NCBI RefSeq assembly: GCF_037042905.1
Contig: NC_087250.1
Coordinates: 10,480,001 to 10,544,000 of the forward strand
Direction: 5' to 3'
DNA: 64,000 bases
Source of the DNA: Lytechinus pictus
Lineage: Eukaryota
Shown: positions 24,620 through 35,888 of the stretch, in pieces
Layout of the letters: every line of letters begins with the position of its first letter
Position numbering within the stretch: the stretch's first letter is position 1
Program-made: the position numbers and the translations under genes
The notes under the pieces: model-generated
What the model saw: the letters and a program-made list of their open reading frames with translations, nothing else
Database searches by the model: none
What the model was told of the DNA's origin: nothing

Positions 24620-24840
24620 CTGGAGATTGTGGCTCAGTGGTAGAGCGCCTGCCTCTTGAACAGAAGATCCTGGGTTTGCTCCCAGGCTGAATCATATACC
24701 AAAGACTTTTAAAGTGGGACCTTCTGCCTTCTTCTCAGGTACTTGACATTTTCAAATGGAGAAGTGTAATAATAACATTATGTTATGCAGGGCCCACTGG
24801 GAGAATAAGTGCTGAAGTTGCTTCCCTGGCTGAGTAAAAA
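24620..24840 (+). mobile_element. tRNA-derived SINE, second family
   Basis: A box TGGCTCAGTGG, a degenerate B box, and the core CATATACCAAAGACTTTTAAAG. Confidence 0.65.
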
Positions 24841-26299
24841 AAGAAATATTACCACCACCACCACCATCCTCCTCACAATCACTCTCACAGTCATTACGAT
24901 ACTGACAAACCATCATATAATTGACAAATGAATTGAATGAACAAACAAAGACAGGTACATTATACAAATCTCGTTTAATCCATAGGTATTCGGCTATTTA
25001 TTGCCATAAATACATACATGTAATATACAGCAATTATCATAATTCAGTACTAACAGAATATCTTCTGTCTTCTAATACAATAACATTTTTCTAGGGAAGC
25101 ATCCTCTCTCACATGCATTTGGATTTCAATAAACACAAGCAGAAGTTTTGTGGGGAAATGGTTGTGAGAAAACATATTTTCAGGTTCCTTACACTGACAG
25201 CTATTACTTTTTGAAAGGAGCCCATTATAAAGTACAAACTTTGATTTTAGTGTACAGTCACCATAATTTCAACAACAAAAAAATACAAATCCCAAGGTAT
25301 TTAATGATGGTCATAATCCTTTTGTAATGCATATATACTCACATACACTCATATTACAATCAATTATATGTTTCCCGTCATACATGTCAATTTTTATGAT
25401 TTACAGTTTAAACTGTAGGTATATAAAGATGCAAAGCAGCAATTATTCTGTTTGTTCTTTCTGCTCATAGAAAAAAGGATGAAAATATTTAAGGCAATTA
25501 AATTCAAAATGCTACAACTATTAAACAAAAGCCCACATCAATTAAGTCTACTTATATTCCTTTTCTGAAATAGGTAAATGCTTTGTTTTACCATACTTTC
25601 TTGAAACTTCATTTTTTACATATTTGATAAAAACAAAAACATCATCAAACAGAATGAAAAAATAAAATTATTAGCAATCAAATTGCTTAAATACAATAAA
25701 AAAACATTCTTTTTTATTTTTGTCTCTGTTAAGTGGACATTTTTATCGACAAGGGCCAACATAACAACAGTGTCAAAGAAAGCAAAACTTCCACAACTTT
25801 TATGCTAAAGTCACACCAATGCAACCGACTCCAGTGCCCCCATTTCATAAAACTTGTCACAATAAACAAATTGTAATAACAGTTAAAAGCTACTGATATC
25901 CTTCAATCTCATTGGCTGATGAAAAATTTGTTATAGAAATTGTGCATTTGTTATTCTAACAAACAGGGACCCAGATCGATCAAAACTATTTTGTTATTTT
26001 GAATGGCGTATCATCGGTTGTATTGGAGTCGGTATCGTTGTTGTGACTGTATCGACATCTCTAATGTCCACTATCAATGCACTCTGTCTCTGTAATATAT
26101 CTTTGATTTTCCTTTAATTTTCCATGCAACATATATAGTACTGATAAGGTATTTTAAGCATGATATATATACAATTGCAAGTAGAGTAGAACTATCCTCA
26201 TACTCTTTTCATAGCAGAATCTTGTGTGTACTCTGTAGCACTTTTTATGCTCGAACTGTAGACCATTAAAAAAATATCAATTACATAATTAACTCCTTC

Positions 26300-26595
26300 T
26301 AATAATTAGTAATCATGATAATAATAATAATAAAAAAAAAATAAAATAATAATAATAAAAATGGTAATAATAATAATGATAAAAATTATAATGATAATAA
26401 TAATGATGAATATAATAATAATAATAATTATAATGATACTAATGATGATAGTAATACTGATAATAAAAATAATAATGATAATAATAACAACAACAATAAT
26501 AATAACAATCATAACAAAAATAATATTAATAATGATAATAAATATCACTAATACTACTACTGCTACCACTAATAACAATAACAAAAATATAATGC
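26300..26595. repeat. (AAT)n microsatellite
   Basis: Direct inspection. Confidence 0.95.
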
Positions 26596-27289
26596 ATGTT
26601 CATCTCTCAAGTATAATAACAATGATAGTCATTGACAATAAAATAAAATTATACATCAATCATAACAGAAAACAATGGATCACAAAAAATATATGTATAT
26701 ATAACACAAAACAATAAAAACCATGGGAAAATATAAATGTATGGTACAAATGGAAGTATAATATGTTTGAATTTAGCAGCCAATAAAAAAAAAGCAAAAG
26801 CACTTTTAGTGCAAAAAATAGATGAAATCCATTTCAACATACTTGTTTAAGATTCACATTTGTACTCACCACCCATACAAACAATATCATACAACAAGCA
26901 ATGGGCATAAAATAAACTTTAAACTATAGAGAGTGTACAAAAATAATTAGTTTTATATATGTGCAAATTATAAGGAATAAAAAAAATAATTGACTTTGAT
27001 ACATGTAGGACATGTTTATGAAGGTTACATTCATTTTGGATAAAGGATTGCGAGCTCTATATGTATGTTGATAAAATCTTAATTACGTAAACATAGTAAT
27101 GTAGTAATAGTTACTTTTGTTTCTTAGAGAATACTGAAATAAAAAAGAGAAAAATCAGGAATTTACACTCACAATGACTGATCCTGATTTCGAAAAATTA
27201 TTAAAAATCTCACTAAAAGAGGAAAAACAATTAAATTAATATGTTAGAAAGTCGCTTGAAGAATAAAATTAACTGAAACAACAACTAGC

Positions 27290-27564
27290 AGGGCCCTGTC
27301 TCACAAAGAGTGATGATTGATCCAATCAACCGCAACTTTGGCAAGCCAGCAACGTCAACATCGAAAATGCATGTTTGCTCAAAATGTTTTCTAGACTTGA
27401 TGTATACTCATACATAATATGCATTGCTGTTTTGATAATGTGGTGTGTTCTCATTTGTTTATTAAGGATATTGTGTGATTTTCCTGTAGGAAAAGTTATA
27501 ATGATGGAATTCCATATAGTTGCAATCGATCCGATCAATCATAACTCTTTGTGAGACGGGGCCC
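27290..27564. mobile_element. Harbinger-like MITE with CAG TSD (inverted copy at ~33913-34187)
   Basis: CAG-GGCCCTGTCTCACAAAGAG...CTCTTTGTGAGACGGGGCC-CAG. Confidence 0.75.
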
Positions 27565-29820
27565 AGATCTTTCATTATAATGCTGACAAAGCAAAAACAT
27601 GTATATAATTCAAAAAAAGATAGCATCAAAAGAAAAAAGACTTGCCTATGAATCTGACATTGAGTAAATAAAAAAGAGAACAATTGCTCAAGAATGCTGA
27701 CAAAGCAATTAAAGGACATTATAGATGGGTGTCATGCATAAGTAACTACCGACTCATGGCCAACAATGCATCTGGCAATTACTCATGCATCGCAAATTGA
27801 CCTGATGCAAGGCTACCCATGCCTATGGTAATTACTTACATATGCATGGCTGTAAAAAAAAATCAACCATCCTATAAAACAAATGATACACAGGTTTGTG
27901 CATCGTTAGGACAAGTGAGTATGCGGTAAATATGAAAACTAGTCTAATAGCTCTATCGTTACCTTTAATATGCTCACTAAACCTACCGATGCACTCACAT
28001 CTGTGCATCATTTGTATATTAACCCTCTGCCCACAAATGTTACAAAATTGCTCATTAATTAGTGCAATTAGATTCACCGATAGTGATAACAAGTTTTTCT
28101 TACTCATTTTTGAACCAGCGAAGCTTAGGAGTAACTAAAATGTAAAATTCTTCAGTAACATCTACAATATAACTATCTGTATCAATGGTACTAGAGGGAA
28201 AGCAAAATTCAGTGAAAATATTCAACAATAATCATGTATCATGGCTGGCAAAAATGTTAAAACTGTCAAAGGTTCTTGCGTTTCAATTTTTTTAATAATT
28301 CTGACTTTGTATGCCTTAAAGTCTTTATTTGTATATTTTTAGCATTTATATATACTTTTTTTTTTTTTTTAATGCCTTTAGGGCCCCTTTTAATACAAGC
28401 TTTTGCTGAAAGGGCACCCTATTAAAATATTGTTCAATAAATAAATAAAATAAATCATCATTATCCTTTTAAACTTAATTCAAAATGCAAAGAGTTTTAA
28501 TCAAAGAGGAATAGGAGCAAAGTATTGACTTTAAGGTTTATCTTGAAAACTTAATCCGGCAAACATGACTATTATGACACCAGTATTGATTTGACAAGGT
28601 AATCACTCATCGGCAAACAGTCAGAACATTTTGGTACACTTTGGACTCAGACTAGGTGATATGTCTATCAGATTGATTCTATTTAGATTCAAATATGGAG
28701 GGGGGGGGGGGAGGAGATAATTAAAAAGTATTTGATTTGAATGAACAAAATCGGAGGAAAATTTAGGAAATATAAGAAAAACAAGAATAGGAGAAGGGAG
28801 AAGAAAGAGAAGGAAAAACAAGAAGAAAAACAAGAAGAAGAAAAACAAGAAGAAGAAGAAGAAAAGGAAGACAAAGAAGAGGAAGAAGGAGAAGGGGGAG
28901 GATAATAAGAAGAAGATGAAGGTAAAGAAGGGGAAAGAGAAGGAGAAGGGGGAGGAGGAAAACATCAACTCATTATCATACAAATCACACCTGTTTTCAA
29001 TGCTTCAAACCATCTTTTGTTTGTGGAATGACAACTGAAATTGGGGTTACCCGTGCCATAATTTAGTCTGGAAAAACGAATCTTCTGCCAATGCCAAGCC
29101 TTGTCAGGAGAAGATAAGATACACAGAAATCTAATCTGTCTAGACAGCTTAACAATGTGAAAAGTTAAATGGACAATACTTCTTAAAACTACATTGATAA
29201 TACCCCCTGGAGGCCACTTACATTGACAAAGTGGATATCACGCCTGCCCCAAAAAATATGAAAAAGGGTCCCTGGGCATGTTACGCAATGTAATAAGGCT
29301 GTCAAAAAAAAAATACTGAAAATATTGTAGGCCTATATATGTCACTTGGAGAGCTACGTGTTTACGGTCCAATTTGCAATTAAGGGTATAAGAAGACTAA
29401 GATGCCTCATAAAGGATGTAATTTTTGTGCAACCCTACGTGTTCAGGGTCCGACTTTGAGCGAGGTGTGGGAGGTAAATCCAATGTACGTAAAGGTAATA
29501 ACTGTAACTCAAATGAGCATACACATACTAGAAAAAGAATTGCTGGGGCTGTTAAACTATCGCTGTACGTGATTGGGGGGGTCAAATTAAAGGAATATTT
29601 GTCAAGGCCAGGGTACCGTCTTGTGTCCACTACTTGTGAGGGGTGGGGTTTCACCCACCAATGCTTGTAAAGGGGTGCATTTTCAGAACATGGAAAATAC
29701 TTGTTTGGGGTGCCTTTCGAAACCCCATGGACGTGCATGATATCCACTCATCAATGGAGGTGCCCCCCCCCCGATTAATACCCTAAAAATAGGTGAGTGT
29801 GTCATAAAGTTGTTCATAAA

Positions 29821-30025
29821 GGAGGCGCGATAGCTCAGTTGGTAGAGCGGGGGATTCTTATTCTGGTGACCCGGGTTCGATTCACACTTGGTGCGCTAGT
29901 GCCCTTTGGTAAGGCATTAATCCTCATTACCAGGTCCTTCGGAATGGACCTTAAGACGTCGGTCCTCTAATTGCTTGCTTACAAGCATTCATGCTTTCTT
30001 AGCAATCAGGTAACAAATCCCCACC
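29821..30025 (+). mobile_element. tRNA-derived SINE
   Basis: High similarity to 23455-23665; A and B boxes present. Confidence 0.85.
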
Positions 30026-30693
30026 AATCAATCAATTGTTCATAACTTAATACAAATGACTTCATGCAGGATTGGTGAACAATTGTTCTGCTAAATCTAC
30101 CATTCATGTTCATGTGTGACCTAATGAACACCTTTTTGCTATTTTAAGTCTGAAAAGAGTTTTCTATTAATTCCAGTAGAGAACACTCTCAGTGAAAGAG
30201 GTACACTAATTACTTACAGAACTCTAAAATCAAGATTTACAAGAAATTTCAAATACTGAAATCCTTTGATTAGCAAAGGGGTCTTTTTAGGATATTCTTC
30301 AACGAGAATCATGTCAAATCTTGTTAATCTCTCCCCTTCAAAAAGAAGATTTTTTTTTAGTTGCACCAGATAAAGAAATAATCAACTGCTACAAAGCGAG
30401 TTAATAAAAAATTCCAATTGTCTTCTTTTGCTGAAAATTAGGATTTGGCAGAGAAAAAAAGCAAAAGATCCATTTGTTTAGAACAAAGGATATCACATCA
30501 TCGCATAGCTTCTACATTAACTGTAAGTGTTCTAACTCAAGTGGAGAACTCTCTGAGCTAAAAAGGAGCACTACTCCTGCAACTCTAATATTAAGATTTA
30601 CATGTACAAGTACTTCCAAAGAACGAAAAATCTCTTGAATAGTGTAGGAGTCGCTTTAGGATATTCTTCAGTGAGAATTAGATCAAGATCCGG

Positions 30694-31079
30694 TTAAAGT
30701 GATTGGTTAACATTGGTTTGACTTTGAAAAAATCTGAGCTAGAAGGTCACACTTGTCACCTGTGTCTGTGATATGTTACAAAAATGAAGCCCAGAAAAAA
30801 TTGCGTTCGTAAATAATTATTTAGTGCTTCAAAAATTGAAATATAAAGTGACTGGAAACACCATCTTAATTTCATCCCATACACTTATGTGTACTATTTA
30901 GGCGTCTATAAGATGCCTATTTACAAAATCGGGGTTTGCCTTGTAGTTTTAGCTTTTCATTATCAATAATGGTTGTTTTCAGGGTTTATTAGTTCTAAAA
31001 CATGCACTTGTACACATGTTTCATCTTGGTTTGAGACTTTTTTAAATCGGCTGCTCACAAAGTTAAACAATACCTTTAA
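30694..31079. mobile_element. TTAA-flanked Kolobok-like MITE
   Basis: TTAA-AGTGATTGGTTAAC...GTTAAACAATACCT-TTAA, with imperfect TIRs. Confidence 0.6.
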
Positions 31080-31631
31080 TCTCTCCATCCACAAAAGAGG
31101 AGTCTTTAGATGCACCAAGCTGTAACAAAGCACTTGGTGTTATGGGCTTGCAGATGACCTACTTTTAATTTTACGACATGCTTAAATAAATTCCCCGACT
31201 TAAATCTAAATTAGAATGGCTTCCTTAAAAAGAACGAGTGCCCAATTTACACTACAACGATGAGGATATTTGTTACAGAATTTGAAAAAGAAAATAAGTC
31301 TATTTCTTCACAAACATGTATGCCTACCTGGAGAATTATCCCAAGCACCAAGAAAAAACCCAACACGATCCATTGTCTTATGTTGATCAAGAAGCATTTC
31401 ATCCAAAACGAATATTTACATACATATATGTATAATCATCATCAGCTGCATTATGACTAATTACTTCATGAATATGCAAAACACATGAATATTCATGATA
31501 CAATGTTCAGGAACATGAACTTATTATATACTTCAAATTTTGATTGAATTAAAAGGAAACATTTAAAACTATTTAACATATATGAGAGCAGAAAGGCATT
31601 ATATGTACAGTATGTTCAATGTTGTTGCAAT

Positions 31632-32473
31632 CATGGACCTATTACGAATGGACATTCAACGAATCCCCTCCTTTGACACAGAGACCGTCGCCGCTAATCC
31701 TTTTATAAACAGAGCGCTGGCAGCTGACACCCATCAAGCCGGTCGTAAAACATGCTCTCATTGATTGACAGCGGAAATCGATTGTACGCTGCTCCTACCC
31801 ATTGCGATGTTGTTCGTTCACTTTATCAAAAGCAACGCACAGCAGCGAACGTTAGCGCTATGAAAATGATAGCAGAAACAAGAAAACAGACGTGCATAAA
31901 CGTATTTTTTACGTACATCGCTAACAACCGGAAATGAAATGCATTGACATCACCTTGCAGATCCGTATATCTACGGCAAAAAAGCAGTTGAAATTCGACG
32001 AAAAAATCTGCGGAAAAACGTTAAAATCTCAGCTTTTTCGGACAGTATCGATGTCGATAGTAGCGCTTACCTTCGGTCAGAAGTTGATTTTCATTTGGGC
32101 ATAAAATTCCACAGGATTGATGAAATTTAACGGGATTTTTTTTGATGGACAGACGACAATCGCACATTATAGAGAGCCTAAAATAATGTACTGAAAAACC
32201 GGATATGAAAAGCGCATTGCATTCTAGGTAATGTAAGGACTTTCCCTATTGGCAATCGGGGCTACAACATGACCGTCTTTGGTCGAAAGAGGGCCAGTGA
32301 TCGATCGGTGACGATCATCGGGCGAAAGGAGCTTGTGTAAACAATCACCCCGGGCGGTCGTTGTAAAAACCGCGTAAAGAGAAAGTTAAGGGTTAGACAG
32401 CAATTTTGACAGCTGGAAACAGGTGGTGGTCATAAAATGCTCTCGTTGAATGTCCATTCGTAATAGGTCCATG
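31632..32473. mobile_element. Non-autonomous DNA transposon with 31-bp perfect TIRs and a 7-bp TSD (P-superfamily-like)
   Basis: TTGCAAT-CATGGACCTATTACGAATGGACATTCAACGA...TCGTTGAATGTCCATTCGTAATAGGTCCATG-TTGCAAT. Confidence 0.85.
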
Positions 32474-32544
32474 TTGCAATAAAGAAGATGACAACAAGTG
32501 GTTAGCAAATACTGATTTTTCCATCCAGAAGTATAGTATACAAT

Positions 32545-32702
32545 TAATGAATGTTTATGAGTGCAATGGACAGAATACTTCATGAGGTGAAAGATGAAAT
32601 GATCCATTCAACGAGGCGTAGCCGAGTTGAATGGATCATTATTTCATCTTTCACCTCATGCAGTATTCTGTCCATTGCATGAATGAACAAACATTCATTA
32701 TT
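32545..32702. repeat. ~70-bp-arm inverted repeat with a central GAGGCGTAGCCGAG hairpin
   Basis: TGCAATGGACAGAATAC...GATCCATTCAAC is mirrored by GTTGAATGGATC...GTATTCTGTCCATTGCA. Confidence 0.75.
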
Positions 32703-34852
32703 TGGTTTATACGACACCTTTTTCATATGAAATTTATGAATTTCGATGCAAAACATGCTCATGCAGTGAGAGTTCGGTCTGTTGATTGTTACGTCATTAC
32801 AACATGCGTACTGCTGGTGCCTGCAGCTGCAGTCTCGGTGCGCGGGTGCAATGGACAAAATCGTATGGATCCACAATTGCACGATGAATGGATCCAAAAT
32901 TGCACGGTAGAGGACGTCATTGCAAAATGCGCTGAATGAACGATATCAAACAACCAATCAAATCACGAGGATCTACCTAGGTGTCATATAATGTTTGTTA
33001 TTTGAATGCATTGCTTAAATTGTTGTATGCAGTTGCATTCATTTGGGAACAGGATGAAAACTTGACAGAGGTGAATATGGAAGTGTTTTTTTTTTGCTAA
33101 TGAAAGTTTGTAGGCCATCCATTAGAGGGGGAATTGTTTAATGTTGTGAACTTGTCATCATTTAATACATATAATGACAAACACAGAAAAGCAATGTAAT
33201 GATAAAGCATCTTTTACATCAAATATCATAATATAAAGATCATTTCAAAATAAAACTTTTACCTCAAAGCAGTTTGATTTGAATAAAGAGCTTAAAACAT
33301 ATATTTCAAAATAAAAAATTTATGATATACCACATAGCATTTTGAATGAATGAAAAAACTGAAAATAAAACTTAAAATTTCAGGTAGATGGCAACATGCT
33401 TTCCTATTAGTTTCCCGTGCTATCATTTTTTTCTCAAAAGGCAAGACAAACTGATTAAAATTGAAAAAAAAAAAAAAGGATAGCGATGAAAATACTAGGA
33501 ACTGTTCTTGTAAAATCACAAGATATATCCGCTAAAACATGTTCCTAATTTATCATCTCCTGTACACTTTTAGCAGGCGCGGATCCGGCCGGACTAGACA
33601 AAAGACCATTCTCGGGGCCAAATTGTTTTTGAAAAACAGTTGGCTTCTCGAAAATACTGTGTCTAATCTGGCTGGATCAGAGCCTGCTTTATTTATAGGA
33701 TATAGAGATTTATTATAATGTAGTAATGAAGTGGGAGAACTGAAAGCCGCAAATAGGGATTTACTCAATCTAAAATGAGGCTTCAATCCTTGCATTCAAT
33801 GATAGTATACCCTACAAGGGCCCAGGGGGCTATTCAAAATGACTCTGTGAAGTCACAAAAGAAATGACTAAGCCGATACAACAATCCAGTGAAAGCTAAT
33901 CTCAGATTAACAGGGGTCCCATCTTTTACAAAGAATTGCGATTGGACCAATCAACCGTGACTATGGAAAGCCAGCACCGTCAACATCTAAAATGCATGTT
34001 TATTCATAATACTTTTTACATATGTACAGGCTATTCATACATTCATCGTTTTCTTGAAATTCAGTGTGCTTCTCTTTGCTTACAAAGGACATTGTGCACA
34101 TTTCCTGTAGAAAAAATTATGGCATTGTTGGATTTCCATATAGTTGAGGTTGATCGGATCAATCGTAACTCTTTGTAAGACGGGCCCAGATCTCTGTCCT
34201 TAGGCCTGATATCTTTCAAGCCAGTGATTTATCAAGTCAAGCATGATGTCAGAGTTTAATGCAAGTGCAAAGGTATCAAAGTAGAGCTAAAGAGATGCTC
34301 TTCCACACGCATGAGTCCCTCCTCAAAACTAACAATCAATCATCTCGAAGGTTTTCTGTAATAAAGGATCTCCAAAATAAACAAAACAGCTTATTCCATA
34401 AAACAATCAGAAACATGATGCAAATTTTGATAAAAAAAATTACATGATCATTTAGCATGAATATAGTAGAAATTATATTATTGGGTAGATTATGGTATAA
34501 TTCTTAGACTATATGACCAAACTGTTGCACCCTGAGTAATAATCCAGGTACTACACGATTGGTTTCAGTCTTGAGTTGGCACTGTTCAAAATGACTATGG
34601 CATGTTGTGGTATGAGTATTTTAAATCATTAGTTACTTTATTCTAGTTGGAATAATTCAAATAATTCAAAAGACTGCATGTCAAAATGTTGCATCATGGG
34701 TAAAGGTTTAGGAACCACTTTAGTCATACGCTGATGCTATTCGATGTGACTGTGCTACATGTATATTGCCTCTAAAACATGAAAACAAAACAGTGAGCAC
34801 TCCATGACAATAAGCTACAGTAGAATACAGCAATGGAAGAATTATGATAAGG

Positions 34853-35044
34853 GGGGTGTTTCACAAAGATTTAAGTATGACTTAAGTCGCACTTAAACGC
34901 CGACGCGTATCTGAAATACAACGCGCCATCTTATTGATAGATACGCAGTAGTGCGCATCCTTATGACACGATCTGACCAACGCGGTCAAGACTTTCATAC
35001 CGTACGCAACTCTAAGTCATACTTAAATCTTTGTGAAACACCCC
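34853..35044. mobile_element. Palindromic MITE with GGGG...CCCC ends
   Basis: GGGGTGTTTCACAAAGATTTAAGTATGACTT is mirrored by AAGTCATACTTAAATCTTTGTGAAACACCCC. Confidence 0.8.
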
Positions 35045-35084
35045 AAGGTTTCCTTGAGTAATTCATTAAATACCTTGGTGAAAG

Positions 35085-35748
35085 TAAATGGTGGAGGGTG
35101 GAATCACATCCCGAATATTCATCTACTCATGAATATTCATCTTATACATTGATATTCTGCACACAATGAATATTCATCTAGGGATGTACTTTCTTCAGAA
35201 CAGAACATGGTGGGGTCACATCCTGAATATTCATCTACTCATGAATATTCATCTTATACATTGATATTCTTCACACAATGAATATTCATCTATGGATGTA
35301 CTTTCTTCAGAAAAGAACATGGTGGAGGGTGGAGTCACATTATGAATATTCCTCTATTCTTCTCTTCATTAATATTCATCTACAAATGAAAAATCTCCAC
35401 ATGATGAATATTCATCTATTGATGTACATTATTCAGAAAAGAATATGGTGGAATCACATTCATGAATATTCAGTTACTCATTAATATTTACCTACTAATG
35501 GATATTCTTCACATAATGAATAAATTCATCTATTTACGAGCATTCTTCAGAAAAGAACCTATGAGGTGATGACTCAATAAACCTGAATAAAGATGAGGAT
35601 TAAATTAATTATTATTCATCTCTGTTGATCAGCAAGATTGTCTGATATTACCTGAATAGTGATGAGAATGAAGTTCATGAATAGTCATCTTTGTTCATCA
35701 GCAAGATTGCCTGAATATTGATGAGAATGAGGATCATGAATATTCATG
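35085..35748. repeat. Degenerate tandem repeats rich in ATGAATATTCAT in the proximal SPRYD3 3' UTR
   Basis: About 110-125-bp units over 35090-35550, each with 2-3 GAATATTC palindromes; shorter units continue up to the stop codon. Confidence 0.75.
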
Positions 35749-35750
35749 TC

Positions 35751-35888
35751 TCAACCGCTCAGAGGTTGTAGGTCGACCCTAACTTTCTCCTCTGGACTCA
35801 GGAGACCAACGGTCGGATAAAAGCCGCCAGCTGGGATGGTCACATTTTCTCTTCTTCCGATCGTTGTTCCGTTTCGGGTAAAGAAGAC
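35751..35888 (-). CDS. SPRYD3: SPRYD3 last coding exon
   Basis: ctatag|VFFTRNGTTIGRRENVTIPAGGFYPTVGLLSPEEKVRVDLQPLSG*. Confidence 0.92.
   Translation of the reverse strand, partial: VFFTRNGTTIGRRENVTIPAGGFYPTVGLLSPEEKVRVDLQPLSG

Noticed and set aside
24037..24695. Poly-His/Met/Asp/Thr ORFs
   Set aside because: Trinucleotide microsatellite; the same applies to 8101-8498, 26306-26717, 28621-28983 and 57653-57994.
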